Shown here piece by piece: positions 49,501 through 59,987 of a stretch of DNA of 64,000 bases (positions within the stretch are counted from its first letter, which is position 1; the number at the start of each line of letters is the position of its first letter). A model generated the notes under the pieces. That model did not search any database, was not told the origin of the DNA, and saw only the letters and a program-made list of their open reading frames with translations. The translations under genes were made by a program, and so were the position numbers. Where the stretch lies: positions 5,411,038 to 5,475,037 of the forward strand of contig CAJINV010000005.1 of the NCBI GenBank assembly GCA_905178155.1, read 5' to 3'. Source of the stretch: Amoebophrya sp. A120. Lineage: Eukaryota; Protista; Dinoflagellata.

Positions 49501-52500
49501 CAAAAGGTGCACATTTCCGGTCACCGAAAGAAGTGCTTTGTCATGCGGATGACGCATTAGGAGACCTTCTCAAACAAAACCTGTCACGCTAGGGCGTGCA
49601 TGGTAGACCTTCTGGGTCATGCCAAAGCTGCATCACATACCTCTGCATTTTTCCAGACCCAGACATTTTTACATTTGATAAGTTCAAGGAGGTGACGATC
49701 ATGCTGGTGTTCTTACTCACCAGCGCGCGGCGCAGATGTCTTCCAACACGGGTCGTGGTCCTGCTGCGCGGGTGGTCACTGCGAATGCAAATGCGGGAGT
49801 AGGGGTGCAACAACTTGATTTCGACATTCCCGACCGAAATGGAGAGATCGTCGGCCACGCGACCATGGTCCCCGCTACCGGCGTCGTATCCGTGACGGCC
49901 ACCCAGGGAAATACGGTGAGACAGTCTCCTATGGAACTGTCAAGATTGAAATTGACAAAGTTGAAAAATTTGTGATGCATAAAACCGATCATACCAGTTG
50001 AGAGCCCCATTTCCAAGCGGTGCGTGACAAGTTTCTACGTCAGCGAAATCCAGTTTGTCTTGCTGTTTAGCGAAAGAAGGCATCCTTTGTCATGCTACTT
50101 TAGCAGCTCTATCTCAAACGACCCATTGCAGGCTCACAATCGGCCTCACTTGCAATCCCTGCAACGCAGTCACTTCGTGCCTTGCATTTTATGCATCTTC
50201 ACAGATTATTTCAACTTTGTTAATTTCAATCCTGACACAACCATATCTCCGGGAGGACGGGCCGCAAACGGGCAGCAACTGCCCCCCGAAGTCTGGATCG
50301 AAACCAAGGATGGCGAATGGGTGTTTGTCAAAGCGCCGTACGTCTCTTACGACCCGGTGACCGGGGAAGTACGAGTGCCCGACCCTACTGGTACAGCTGC
50401 AGCGACTGTGCCAACCTCTGCTCAGCAGCAGCTGTCCCGGGGAAGAAGAGGACGACGAAATCTCGGGGGGAGACAAGATGAGCAAGAAGATCTATCCTGT
50501 GCAAAAGTATCGTACTAGTCGAAATTGCATTACAAATTTCCTCAGCATGAGAGATAAAATTTGTAATGCGGACTTACATTAAGGAAAAGAAAAAGATTTG
50601 TAATGCATGACTGCAATGCCTAGGACTACGAGTGCGATACTTTTGCACAGGATGAGATCCCTTGGAAAACGATCCGCTGATGCAGCCCGATCCTGATTTG
50701 GATCTGCATGTTATCCTGAGTAAAAACGTACCCACACCAGAGTTGTAATGCAAATCTGCATGCTGAAAATGTTTCTCATGCGGAGCTCCATGAGAAGCAT
50801 TTTCTAGTCGTGTTTTGCAATTTGTCATGCTCCAATCAGCATGGTATGCTAGATCTGTGATGCTGCTGAGCTAGCTCAAACAGCACTACACTACGAATCC
50901 AAATTTGTCATACAAAACGGCCAAAGCTTGTGGATTTGTCTAGCCGATTCCCCATCTTGACTCTGGTGTGGGTACGTTTTTACTCAGGATACATGTTGGC
51001 GAGACGGGGAACTACAACAACTACCCCAATTATGGGCCGCCTCGTCCTCCCGCACCGCCCGCTTGGCAGCAGCAGCAGCAGCAGCAGCAGCGATACGGTT
51101 CTGTCGCTTATTCCAACCAGCACCTCGTGCTGGGCCAACCTGGCTTTCCCGCTGTTCTTGGTCCTGCTGTTGCAGGAGGAGCTCCGTGGGCGCCTGCTCC
51201 AGCTGCGCCGCAAGACCGAAACCGAGGGGGGTGGAACAACGACAAGAGCTGGTGGAAAGAGAACCACGGCAACCACGAGTGGAACGACGGCAACTGGGGG
51301 CGGAAAAACCACGGCGACGGGTGGAAGTACGACTACCGGGGGCGGAACAGCAAGTGGCGGCAGCCGCAGCAGCCACAGCAGCCGCCGCCGCAGCAGCAGC
51401 AGCAGCAGCTGTTGCGGCAGCAGCAGCAGGAGTTCCGGCGGGAGCAGCAGTTGTTGCAGCAGCAGCAGCAGCAGCAGCAGTTGTTGCGGCAGCCGCAGGA
51501 GTTGTGGCAGCAGCAGCAGCAGCAGCAGATGGAGCAGCAGCAGCAGGAGTTGTGGCAGCAGTTGCAGCAGTTGCAGGAGATGGTGCAGCATCAGCAGAAG
51601 GAGTTGTTGCAGCTGCGGCAGCAGCAGCCGCAGTGGCAGCAGCAGCAGCGGCAGCAGATGGAGCAGCAGTTGCAGCAGTTGCAGGAGATGTTGCAGCGGC
51701 AGCAGCAGGAGTTGTGGCAGCAGTGGCAGCAGCAGCCGCAGCAGCAGCCGCAGTGGCAGCAGCAGCAGCAGCAGATAGAGAAGCAGCAGCAGCAGTTGCA
51801 GCAGTTGCAGCAGTTGTTGCAGCGGCAGCAGCAGGAGTTGCGGCAGCAGTGGCAGCAGCGGGGTCCTCCTGCTCCTCAACAACGACCGCCAGATGACCTT
51901 CGTCCAGATGGCCATCCTCCTGCTCCTCGAACGCCGCCGGCCCCCGGCGTCCACACGACCTACGAGTTGTCTTTCCCCCGTGAACTTCGCCCGGTCCACC
52001 CGGAAGAGGTTTTGGGTGAGGACTCTTTCCCCCCGCCGATATCCAGTGCAAAAGCATCTTCGCACTCCTGCTCGTCGTACTTCTAATCGCAGTTATGCAT
52101 GACAGATCTATGACCACCTGAGGGAACAAGTAGTGGTCAGCATATAATAAATTAACAAGCTCGACGTCCTGCGTTTCTTCCCTACGGAAAAATTTGTACT
52201 ATTTTTGCGATTTCTACTATATACGATTACGATTATACTTTTGCAATGGATAGCCGATGTTGCCCGACAATGCAGACGACGCGGAGTTTATCCAGGAAAA
52301 AAACTGTGTAAGTGTAAGCTTCTTGGTGGAAGAGCATCGCAATTTTGCTCTGCACGACACAGAAAACCTCCTCCTGTCATGCGTAGCTAGTACGTGAAAA
52401 CACGCACGAAAATTCAAATTGCCTCTGATGCATGTCCAGCATGACAAGTGTAACAGTTTTGCATTTTCTGCAACGCAGAGTTACACTTACACAGTTTTTT

Positions 52501-55500
52501 TCTTCCATAGAGTTCGTCGGGGTGGTGTCCGTCGTGACGCAGGTGCTGGTTCTGACCCACGAGCTGCTGGAAAGCTACGAGGGGATTCGAAATTGGGATC
52601 CGCCACATCCTGGTATGTTGTCTCGAATTCAACAATTCATCGACGACAGTACCTCCTCCACCTCCTGTCCGTATTTCAGCCAAGAGAATGCCCGGAAAGT
52701 GCGCAGCGGGCCCGCACAACCCAAACCGGAAGCCAAACCGGCCGCAAAACCGGGTGCAAAAGCCAGGAACCTGAGCAGCCTGTTGCTGTCTGGCCAGTTG
52801 ATCTCGTCCCAGCTGTTTTTCATGAACGACTTGGACCAGGTCCGGGAGTGGCTGGTGGACTTCGACAAGTACATTCAGGAGGAAGTTTATCCTGAGAAAA
52901 AACTGTCTCAGTCTCAACTTGTAATGCGCAACTTCCTTGGGACAGTTTTTTGTCAACATGCTCGACATGCAAGAAAGAGAAAGTCGTCTTTGATCATATG
53001 TGTTTTCCGTTTTTGTGTTTGACGCATCACAGGTTTTCCGTGTCATGCTGAGCAAATTTGGGTTGCCGAGCCAGACAGTTTTTCTTGCGATAATGTTTTT
53101 ATCGAGAAGATTGTTCTTGACGGACGAGAACAGCCAGCGAATGACCCTGGTGCCTTCTGGTCGCACAACGCGCTTCACAAGAGGATTTGCGAATATGCAG
53201 CTCACGATCCCCCTCATGGTGATGACTATTTCGAGGGGGGGGATATCACGTTGGGCCGCCCAGTTGTTGATGGAACGCCGCGAGCGCCGTGGTCGTGCTT
53301 TATCAAGCCTGAGGCCACGGCAGGGCCGAGCCGTGCGCCCGACGAGAAGCAAAAACGTGTAAAGCTGGAAAGGCACGCTGCGCTCTGCGGCGCGCAAAAA
53401 CATTTGATCGAGCCGCTGCAGAAATTTCTCGGGTTGGGGCAAGCAGGTGTCAATGGGGTGCCGTCGAGAGCACATGTGCCGTCGAGAGAAGAGCGAAGAG
53501 GAGACGACTTTGGGACGCAGTTCCACTTGCCCGAATGGGTTCTTCAACTACTGCAAGAAGGGAAGCAGAAGCTCGACGGAGCGAAACTGTGCAAAAGAGC
53601 TTACGTCAAGGACCCCCAGCATCCGACCAGCGACACCGCTGAGCCCATGTGCTCCGACGTTCTTCATACGCGGTCGTGCGAGATTTTGCGCGTAGACTTC
53701 TGTGAAAGAGTTGAGGATTCGGGTGGTGGCGGTGTTAGCGGACAATTGGGGGTGAATCCGAGGAAGTTTTCCGAACTGGGCTCGTCGCACCCAAACAACG
53801 GGAAACCTTGCTGCGAAAGGAGCGCAGCCGGCATCAACGTGTTCGAGCAGGGTTACTTCGAACAGATATCAAATGCAAATACGTCTGGGTCTGGAAGAAT
53901 GCGACTTGTGATGCTGCATTTGGATTCCAAAAAAATCTGTATTGCATGAGCAGCAAAGGGAATGCGATCTCTGCTCCGTGGAGTGGGCATTTGTCATGCT
54001 GAGTAGGCATCTGCAAGATGCCCTAAAAAAATCTGTGATGCTACGGCATGCATTACAGACATCATGGCCCATGCAAAATGTGCATGACAAGCTCCGACTC
54101 TTCCAGAGCCAGACTTTTTTGCGTTTGATAACAGAATCAAAAACCCTTACGCAAAATGCTTGGCGCGTCGAATGAGCACACGACGCGACTTCTCTCCGAC
54201 TCGAACAAAGATTTTGGCGCAACGCACGAGTTATGGATTGCAAACGTGTCTTCATCTGCGTGGATCTCTGGAAACAACAAGGAAAACTACCTGTGAAGTA
54301 GTAGATCCTCTGTAAATAACCGGTTGGGGATGATTTTTGCAATGCTCGAAGGAGCCAACATGGCTGCTTTCTCGCATGACAAATTGAAAGGAACAAGCTA
54401 GAGCCCACCTATTGCTATTACAAGTTTGGCTTTATTTCTACTTCCAGATCCAGACATATTTGCAGTGCATACGAGTTGGCGCGGGAGTTGGTTCTCACGG
54501 AATTGCAGCTCGTCGAAACGTATGCATTGCAAAAGTATCGCACTCGTAGTAATTGCAGTAGTTATGCTGCATTACAAATCTACATCCCAAGGTAAAACAG
54601 CATGACAAATTCCATTTGTCATGCTGAGGTAATTTGTAATGCAATCAAGTACTGCTAGTACGACGTGCACGATGCTTTTGCAGTTCATAAAACTTATGCG
54701 TTGCAAAAGTTGTATCGCACAACTAAGACTAACATTTTAGCAGCACCAGAGAAGATCTGCGCATCACAAATTTGGTCAGCATGAACAATAGAATTTTCGT
54801 ATGCTGGTTCTTAGCATACGAAGATTATAGGTCTGGTTTTTAGCGTACGAGAAAGAAAATCATACATGATTTTTACCATTACAGTTTGTTAGGAGTATGA
54901 TACTTTTTTTGTACAGGATAAAGATCTGAACGCGGTGAGCGAGTTGGGACTTCGTGACGAAGCCGACCTCTTACGAGAATTCGGCCGAGAATTCGGCCTT
55001 CCGTATGGGAGTGTCAGGATTGAAATCGACAAATTTGAAACAATTTGCAATGCATAAAACGGATACCAGTTGGCCCCTAGTTTTCAAGTGGCGCATGACA
55101 AATTTGAGTAGAACCGAAATCCAGTCTGTCATGCTGTCTGGGTAAGGAAGGCGCCTTTTGTGATGCTACTTTAACAGCTCTATTTCTACAACCCCTCAAC
55201 AGGCTTACAATCTGCCTGCCTTGCCTACTCTACAAGACAGGCATTTTGTGGGTTGCGTTTTATGCGTCGCCAACTATTTCAACTTTGACGAGTTCAATTA
55301 TCCTGACGCTTCCATATTCCGGAACCAAGCCCGCGGCACACATACCAAAAGGTCCAGCAGATTTTGGCTCCGGAGCGGCAGCGGCTGCAGCACCTGCGGT
55401 GGCTGGTAGATTTGAATGACGTCGAGTTGTTGCGGAGGCAGAGCCCTATTCAACCTCAACGGGGAGGTCCTCCGGTGCCTAATGCGGCAAGTAGATCACC

Positions 55501-58500
55501 TCCAACGCGAACGCCGCTCGACCAACTGAAGACTGCGATCATCGAGTTCCAGTTCAAACCAATCGTCGAGTTGCACACCTTATGAATCGCAAAAAGCAGA
55601 TCGTCATCGTAAGTACTACTAATAGTATATTCATCATAGTGCGAAAATCATATGCGCCGGCGCTGCAAATCTTTTTCCTAAGGTAAATCCGCACGGTTGC
55701 AGCAAAGTCCATTTCTCATGCTGATGAAGTTTGTAAGTAAATGCAATAGCAATTGATGTTACTAGTAGTAGTACTAGTAGATACGATTACGATACTTTTG
55801 CAATGCATACACGTTTGCTCGCATCTACCTGGATCATGAACAACAGCCGGACGCCGCCCAGCCGCCGGGTTCAACACCTTCGTCCCCTGGTGCTAGTGCA
55901 GCAACAGCAACAGCTGCATGGCAAATGTCTGAGGACATGAAAGTACAGGCGGAAAAAATAACCGAGGCCGTGAAAGGGGATCGCGCGTTTTGCCCCTTGT
56001 TGCCAGGGCGAAGGGAAGCTGACTACATGCCGAACCTGGTCCACTTCGAGAAGTGGAAGGTTTTCTACGCCGATTCTGTGCCTCGGGGTGTTTTGTCGCA
56101 GGTTCTTGAACGCATTCCCGAAGAGCAGAGGGAGACGCTTCGTAACCAGGTTAACGAGGCACGCAACAATCCCGATGAAAACCGTGATTTGATGTTCGGT
56201 CAACTTGACGCGTATGAGGGCCGCAGAAAAGCGCTGCGTGACGCGGAAACAAGTATCGTGACTGGTCCGCTTGAGTTTTTGCGAACCGCGATGTGCGAGT
56301 ATTCCTATGGAGCGAAACGCGCCTTGCACCAGTACGACGCCAAACTTGTTGCTTTTGCGAACAAGCGTCATGGTCGGCATCCTGATTTGCCGCGGATCCA
56401 AAGCAGAACGGACCATTTTCTGGAGGCGAGTGGTACCCCCGTTTCCCGAGCTGGGGCTGCACCAGCAGGTGCAGCACCGCAAGCGGCTCCTGCAGGGGGA
56501 TCTCGTGGAGGAGGAGGAGGAGGAAGTCGATCCCCCCAACAAGCACAATCGAGACCACAAGCGGCGCGTCGTTCCTCTTCTGCGCTGGAGCTCCCGCAGC
56601 AGAGCAATTCCCAAAACAGCATCTCGTCCGTATGGGAAGCTTCTCAAATGTTACATTCTCAACTGTCACATGAGTTTGTGATGCAAAAATGACAAAAGTG
56701 AAAGGGGTGACCTTGCACGTCTCGCATGACCACAGATTTGCGTCAGAGATTCTCAGACTGTTTGGCTGTTCTAGAATTTGTCATGCGAAGCAGCTTGAAG
56801 ATCGCGTCGATTCTGCTTGTAGTTTTGCATGACAAAAAATCATACAGCAGTTCAAGATGAAACATTTGAGAACCCCATAGTCCGCAGACGAGGACCACGG
56901 GTCTCCTACTACCTTCACTTCCATGCTGGAAACCATGACGAACAAAGAACTCTCGGACCTACTACAATGAAAAATGCCCCCACGACGACGACCCCGAAAT
57001 TTGAAAAAGTGTCTCACGCATGAGATTTTCAAATGAACAAGAACTTTTTGTCTATGCATGAAAGGACTCCCGCGAGTCTTTCTGGTGCAGAACCGAGATG
57101 CCTGCGTAAGGTACCTTCTGGACCATAACAGACCCGGCTCCTGTTGTTGGGCTCCTTTGCAGCACAGATTTGCGCTATTCATCAACAGGGAGATGACTTT
57201 GTGACGCTGATACAAGCAAGGCGGGGAATTTTTCCATTGGAAAGGTTTGCACACACAAACGCTGCCAAGTTCTCGGGTGGGGGCATTTTTCATCGTAATA
57301 CGCCGCTGATGTTGAGGCCGCCCGGGTGGTCTTTGATGAAGCTGAAGCTGGTGAAGTTGAGGCCGCCCACGTGGCCTCTGGTGAAGCTGAAGGTGCTGGT
57401 GAAGTTGAGGCCCGCGTGGCCTCTGGTGAAGCTGAAGGTGCTGAAGATATCCTGAGCAAAAACGTCGTCCCCACCTCAGACTCAAGATGAGAAATCTGCT
57501 GGAAGATGAGAATAAATTTTTGACCAGTTCGTGGTCAACAGGGTCGTGAAGACGTTGTGTCGAAGATGACAGGTTCTTTGGCCTCGTAGTCGTCTAAATG
57601 CTAATGCTGTTTAGATAGTTCAGAAGCGTCTTCACAGATCTAGATCTACTACGTAAAGCATATTGAAAAGTAATCCTTTTATGCTGATAATTCGAGCAAG
57701 ACAAATGCAAATCCCCAAAGTACTAGAGCTGCATCAGACATAAATGCTCCTCATAAAGCTCGTCCGCATGAGAAATCAATTTTCTGCATGACGAGAACTC
57801 TGGGCTCGACGTTTTTACTGAGGATAGTTCTTATCGGCGACGAGGGCGACGACGACGAAGATATCAAAAAGAAAAAGCCCCCCTCCCCATATCGGAAACG
57901 AAATTTGTGATGCTGTATATGAGTACACAAGAAATCGACTTGTATTGCTAGAAGGCCAAGAGACGCAGTTGTGGCCTGAATTGCAGGCAATTTTTCATGC
58001 TGTTTCCCACTTCCAGTTGCCTCGTGTCATGCTGGAGATGCAATACTTCCCTACGCTAGGTAGCACTACAGTCCGCATCTACTTTTGCCTTCTAGCATCA
58101 CAAAGCTGATTTGCGACCACAAATCTGCATCACAAATGTCCATTTTGATATAATGGGGGGGATTTTTGTTCTTGATAGACGACGAGAGAAGTTCTTTGGC
58201 CGTCACCATCGGAGAGGAGGGAAGCACCAGCACGGTCTATCAAATACAAATATCGAAGATCTGGGCCTAGATGAAGATTTTTGCAGGGAGGTTTGTTGAT
58301 GTCATGCGCAGACCGTCGCTTTCCATGCCGCCCATGACTGAAGTCTGAAATGCTGCAGGGCTTTGTTCTAGCGTGACAGATTAAGTACAACGTGAGTAGT
58401 TCTTTCTCTCATGCCTGTTCTGCTTCTGCATGACGTGCATGACCACGAGAAAAACCCTGCTTTATCACCTTGAGACCAAAATTTGGCAAGAACTCTTGGA

Positions 58501-59987
58501 GGCAACCATGCAACGTTAGATTTTTGTGTGACCACCACCGACCCCCATGATTAAGCACATCAATCAATCAAACCAGGAGCATTATGCATCATTTTAATAT
58601 TTTAGACCCAGACACAATTCTTGCAATGCATACGGGCCTGCTGGAAACCGAAGATCCCGCGACGAACAAAATTGCTCCGGCTGAAGATGCAGCGGTAGTA
58701 TCCTGTGCAAAAGTAATATGATCGTACTCGTAGTAATTGCAGTCATGCATTACAAATCTCGTTCCCAAGGCAAATAAGCATGACAAATTCCAGTTGTCGC
58801 GCTGAGCAAATTTGTAATGCAATTATTATGACTAGTACGGTAGTACTTTTGCAATTCACATGCCGCGGCTGCAGCGCCCACGACAACTACGCGGAAGAGA
58901 AACCTTATGGAACTGTCAGGACTGAAATTGACAAAGTTGAAATAATTTGTAATGCAGAAAATGCATGACGCGAGGTACGTGTGTTGCAGAGCAGGCAAGT
59001 GAGGCCGATTGTAAGCCTGTTTGGGGTTAGGGCTCGAGATGCTAAGGTAGCGTGAGAGAATCAGTCTTCTTTGCCTAAACAGCACGACAAACTGGATTTT
59101 AGGACCGCCAAAATTTGTCATGCGCTACTTGGAAACTGGGTTCCAACTGGCATCCATTTTATGCATGACAAATTATTTCAACTTTGTCAATTTCAAACCT
59201 GACGCTTCCATAAACCTGAAATTCCTCGAGCGCGTGGCGCCGCAAGAAAAGAAGACGGCGGAGAAGGATATCCCAAGGAAAAACGTCCTCAACTACTTCA
59301 AGTTTATTGGGTTGTCGAGCATGACAAGTTCTAGTACGTGCTATTGACTTTCGGCTCGTAGTGGTCTAATAATCCTCTTGCTTCAGCTAGTAGTCGTGCA
59401 ATCGCAGTAAAAAGTGACTACCTTAACCTTACTCTGATTGTTCTAGCATGACAAAGAACTACTCCACCTCCCAGACTGGATTTTTAGAAATAAATGGCTT
59501 TCATGCAGCTGGGACTGCGCATCAGAAACGTTTTAATTATGCTTGCGGGTTTACAACGTGACGAGAACCCTGGGGAGGTGGGGACATTTTTACTCAGGAT
59601 TCCAGCGGAAGCGGAAGGACAAGAAAACGAGGGGAGCCAGAGCCAGGAGCAGCCCGCCAAGTATGGATTGCAAAAATGTCTGGGTCTGGAAGATTGCTAG
59701 GTTTGTCATGCACGTTTTGCGTGACGCGTGAGTGTCTGTGATGCATGACCTAGCATCACAGACAACTTTTAGAGGCTCTCCTAAATCAGGATGAGAAATG
59801 CTCTCTCCGTCTAACACAAAGAAATGGACTCGCTCTTCTTGTTGGTCATGCAATACAGATTCTTTTGGAATTCAAAGACAGCATTACAAGTTGCAACCTT
59901 GTTCCCGACCCAGACACTTTTGCAATGCATACCAAGCCGGCGAAAACAACGGAGCGAAAGTTCCTGGCCCCCCGAGGTGAGGAATAG
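46517..59987 (+). CDS. Gene 5, large hypothetical protein with a Gln-rich region; one GT-AG intron (46643-47006) and 27 introners
   Basis: MTMMSTQQ…TTWGM|RPQLVAR… stays in frame through all junctions, incorporating ORF-track segments 50968, 52432, 53251, 55364 and 55925, to TAG at 59985-59987. A GT donor at 59977 could extend it. Confidence 0.8.
47242..47459. mobile_element. Introner family F
   Basis: TSD ACACC. Confidence 0.9.
47791..48218. mobile_element. Introner family F with nested insertion (starts TAC)
   Basis: TSD CTAGA. Confidence 0.88.
47884..48073. mobile_element. Nested ~190-bp insertion within introner 47791-48218
   Basis: Interrupts GTTTGTCTTGC|TACACATGCAAG, which is contiguous in relative 1441-1634. 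TGTGGA…TCCACA ends plus an (ACGA)3 tail. Confidence 0.7.
48310..48618. mobile_element. Introner family C
   Basis: TIR, TSD CCTCC. Confidence 0.92.
48660..49008. mobile_element. Introner family D-like (starts TAC)
   Basis: TSD TCGTG. Confidence 0.88.
49056..49334. mobile_element. Introner family D
   Basis: TIR, TSD CTGTG. Confidence 0.92.
49414..49680. mobile_element. Introner family B
   Basis: Perfect ~30-bp TIR, TSD AGTTC. Confidence 0.93.
49930..50245. mobile_element. Introner family C
   Basis: TIR, TSD TCTCC. Confidence 0.92.
50493..50654. mobile_element. Introner family A (ends ATG)
   Basis: TIR, TSD AGATC. Confidence 0.9.
50712..50991. mobile_element. Introner family D
   Basis: Perfect ~32-bp TIR, TSD CATGT. 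Confidence 0.93.
51360..51860 (+). repeat. (CAG)n-rich coding repeat, poly-Gln with LLQ/ELW spacers
   Basis: Directly visible in a gene 5 exon. Confidence 0.9.
52040..52252. mobile_element. Introner family A-like (diverged)
   Basis: TIR TATCCA(G/T)TGCAAAAG, TSD GCCGA. Confidence 0.9.
52289..52509. mobile_element. Introner family F
   Basis: TIR …AAAAAACTGTGTAAGTGTAA, TSD GAGTT. Confidence 0.92.
52888..53092. mobile_element. Introner family F
   Basis: TSD AAGTT/ATGTT. Confidence 0.88.
53867..54130. mobile_element. Introner family B
   Basis: TIR, TSD ACAGA. Confidence 0.92.
54232..54471. mobile_element. Introner family B (diverged)
   Basis: TSD CGAGT. Confidence 0.9.
54521..54689. mobile_element. 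Introner family A (first of a back-to-back pair)
   Basis: TSD AAACG/AAACT. Confidence 0.88.
54695..54920. mobile_element. Introner family A-like (second of the pair)
   Basis: TSD AAACT/AAGAT. Confidence 0.82.
55004..55316. mobile_element. Introner family C
   Basis: TIR, TSD TTCCG. Confidence 0.92.
55581..55809. mobile_element. Introner family A-like (diverged)
   Basis: TSD CACCT/CACGT. Confidence 0.88.
56631..56879. mobile_element. Introner family J
   Basis: TIR, TSD GTCCG. Confidence 0.92.
56960..57300. mobile_element. Introner family L (TIR TAYTACRATGAAAAATGCCCCCA)
   Basis: TIR; flanks GGACC/CGCCG; frame restored by +5 removal. Confidence 0.85.
57448..57826. mobile_element. Introner family D-like (diverged)
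   Basis: TIR; flanks GAAGA/GTTCT; frame restored. Confidence 0.85.
57862..58177. mobile_element. Introner family E
   Basis: TSD GAAGA/GACGA. Confidence 0.9.
58238..58632. mobile_element. Introner family B (diverged)
   Basis: TSD CGGTC/CGGGC. Confidence 0.85.
58699..58860. mobile_element. Introner family A (ends ACA)
   Basis: TIR; flanks GGTAG/TGCCG; frame restored. Confidence 0.85.
58906..59212. mobile_element. Introner family C
   Basis: TIR, TSD AACCT. Confidence 0.92.
59269..59601. mobile_element. Introner family D-like (diverged, ends ATT)
   Basis: Flanks AAGGA/CCAGC; frame restored. Confidence 0.82.
59662..59931. mobile_element. Introner family B
   Basis: TIR, TSD CCAAG. Confidence 0.92.

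Noticed and set aside
50930-52129. Poly-Ser, poly-Ala and poly-Leu ORFs overlapping the Gln tract
   Set aside because: These are alternative frames of CAG repeats. Only the Gln frame joins the flanking exons.
527-59931. Repeat-spacer appearance resembling a CRISPR array
   Set aside because: The repeats are 112-428 bp from many families in both orientations, the spacers form continuous ORFs, and there are no cas genes.
638-59980. Dozens of short ORFs sharing peptides such as CKNVWVWK, FQTQT, PDPDIF, YFNFDDFKPDASI and LRKFVMH
   Set aside because: They are translations of introner TIRs and motifs in various frames, not a protein family.
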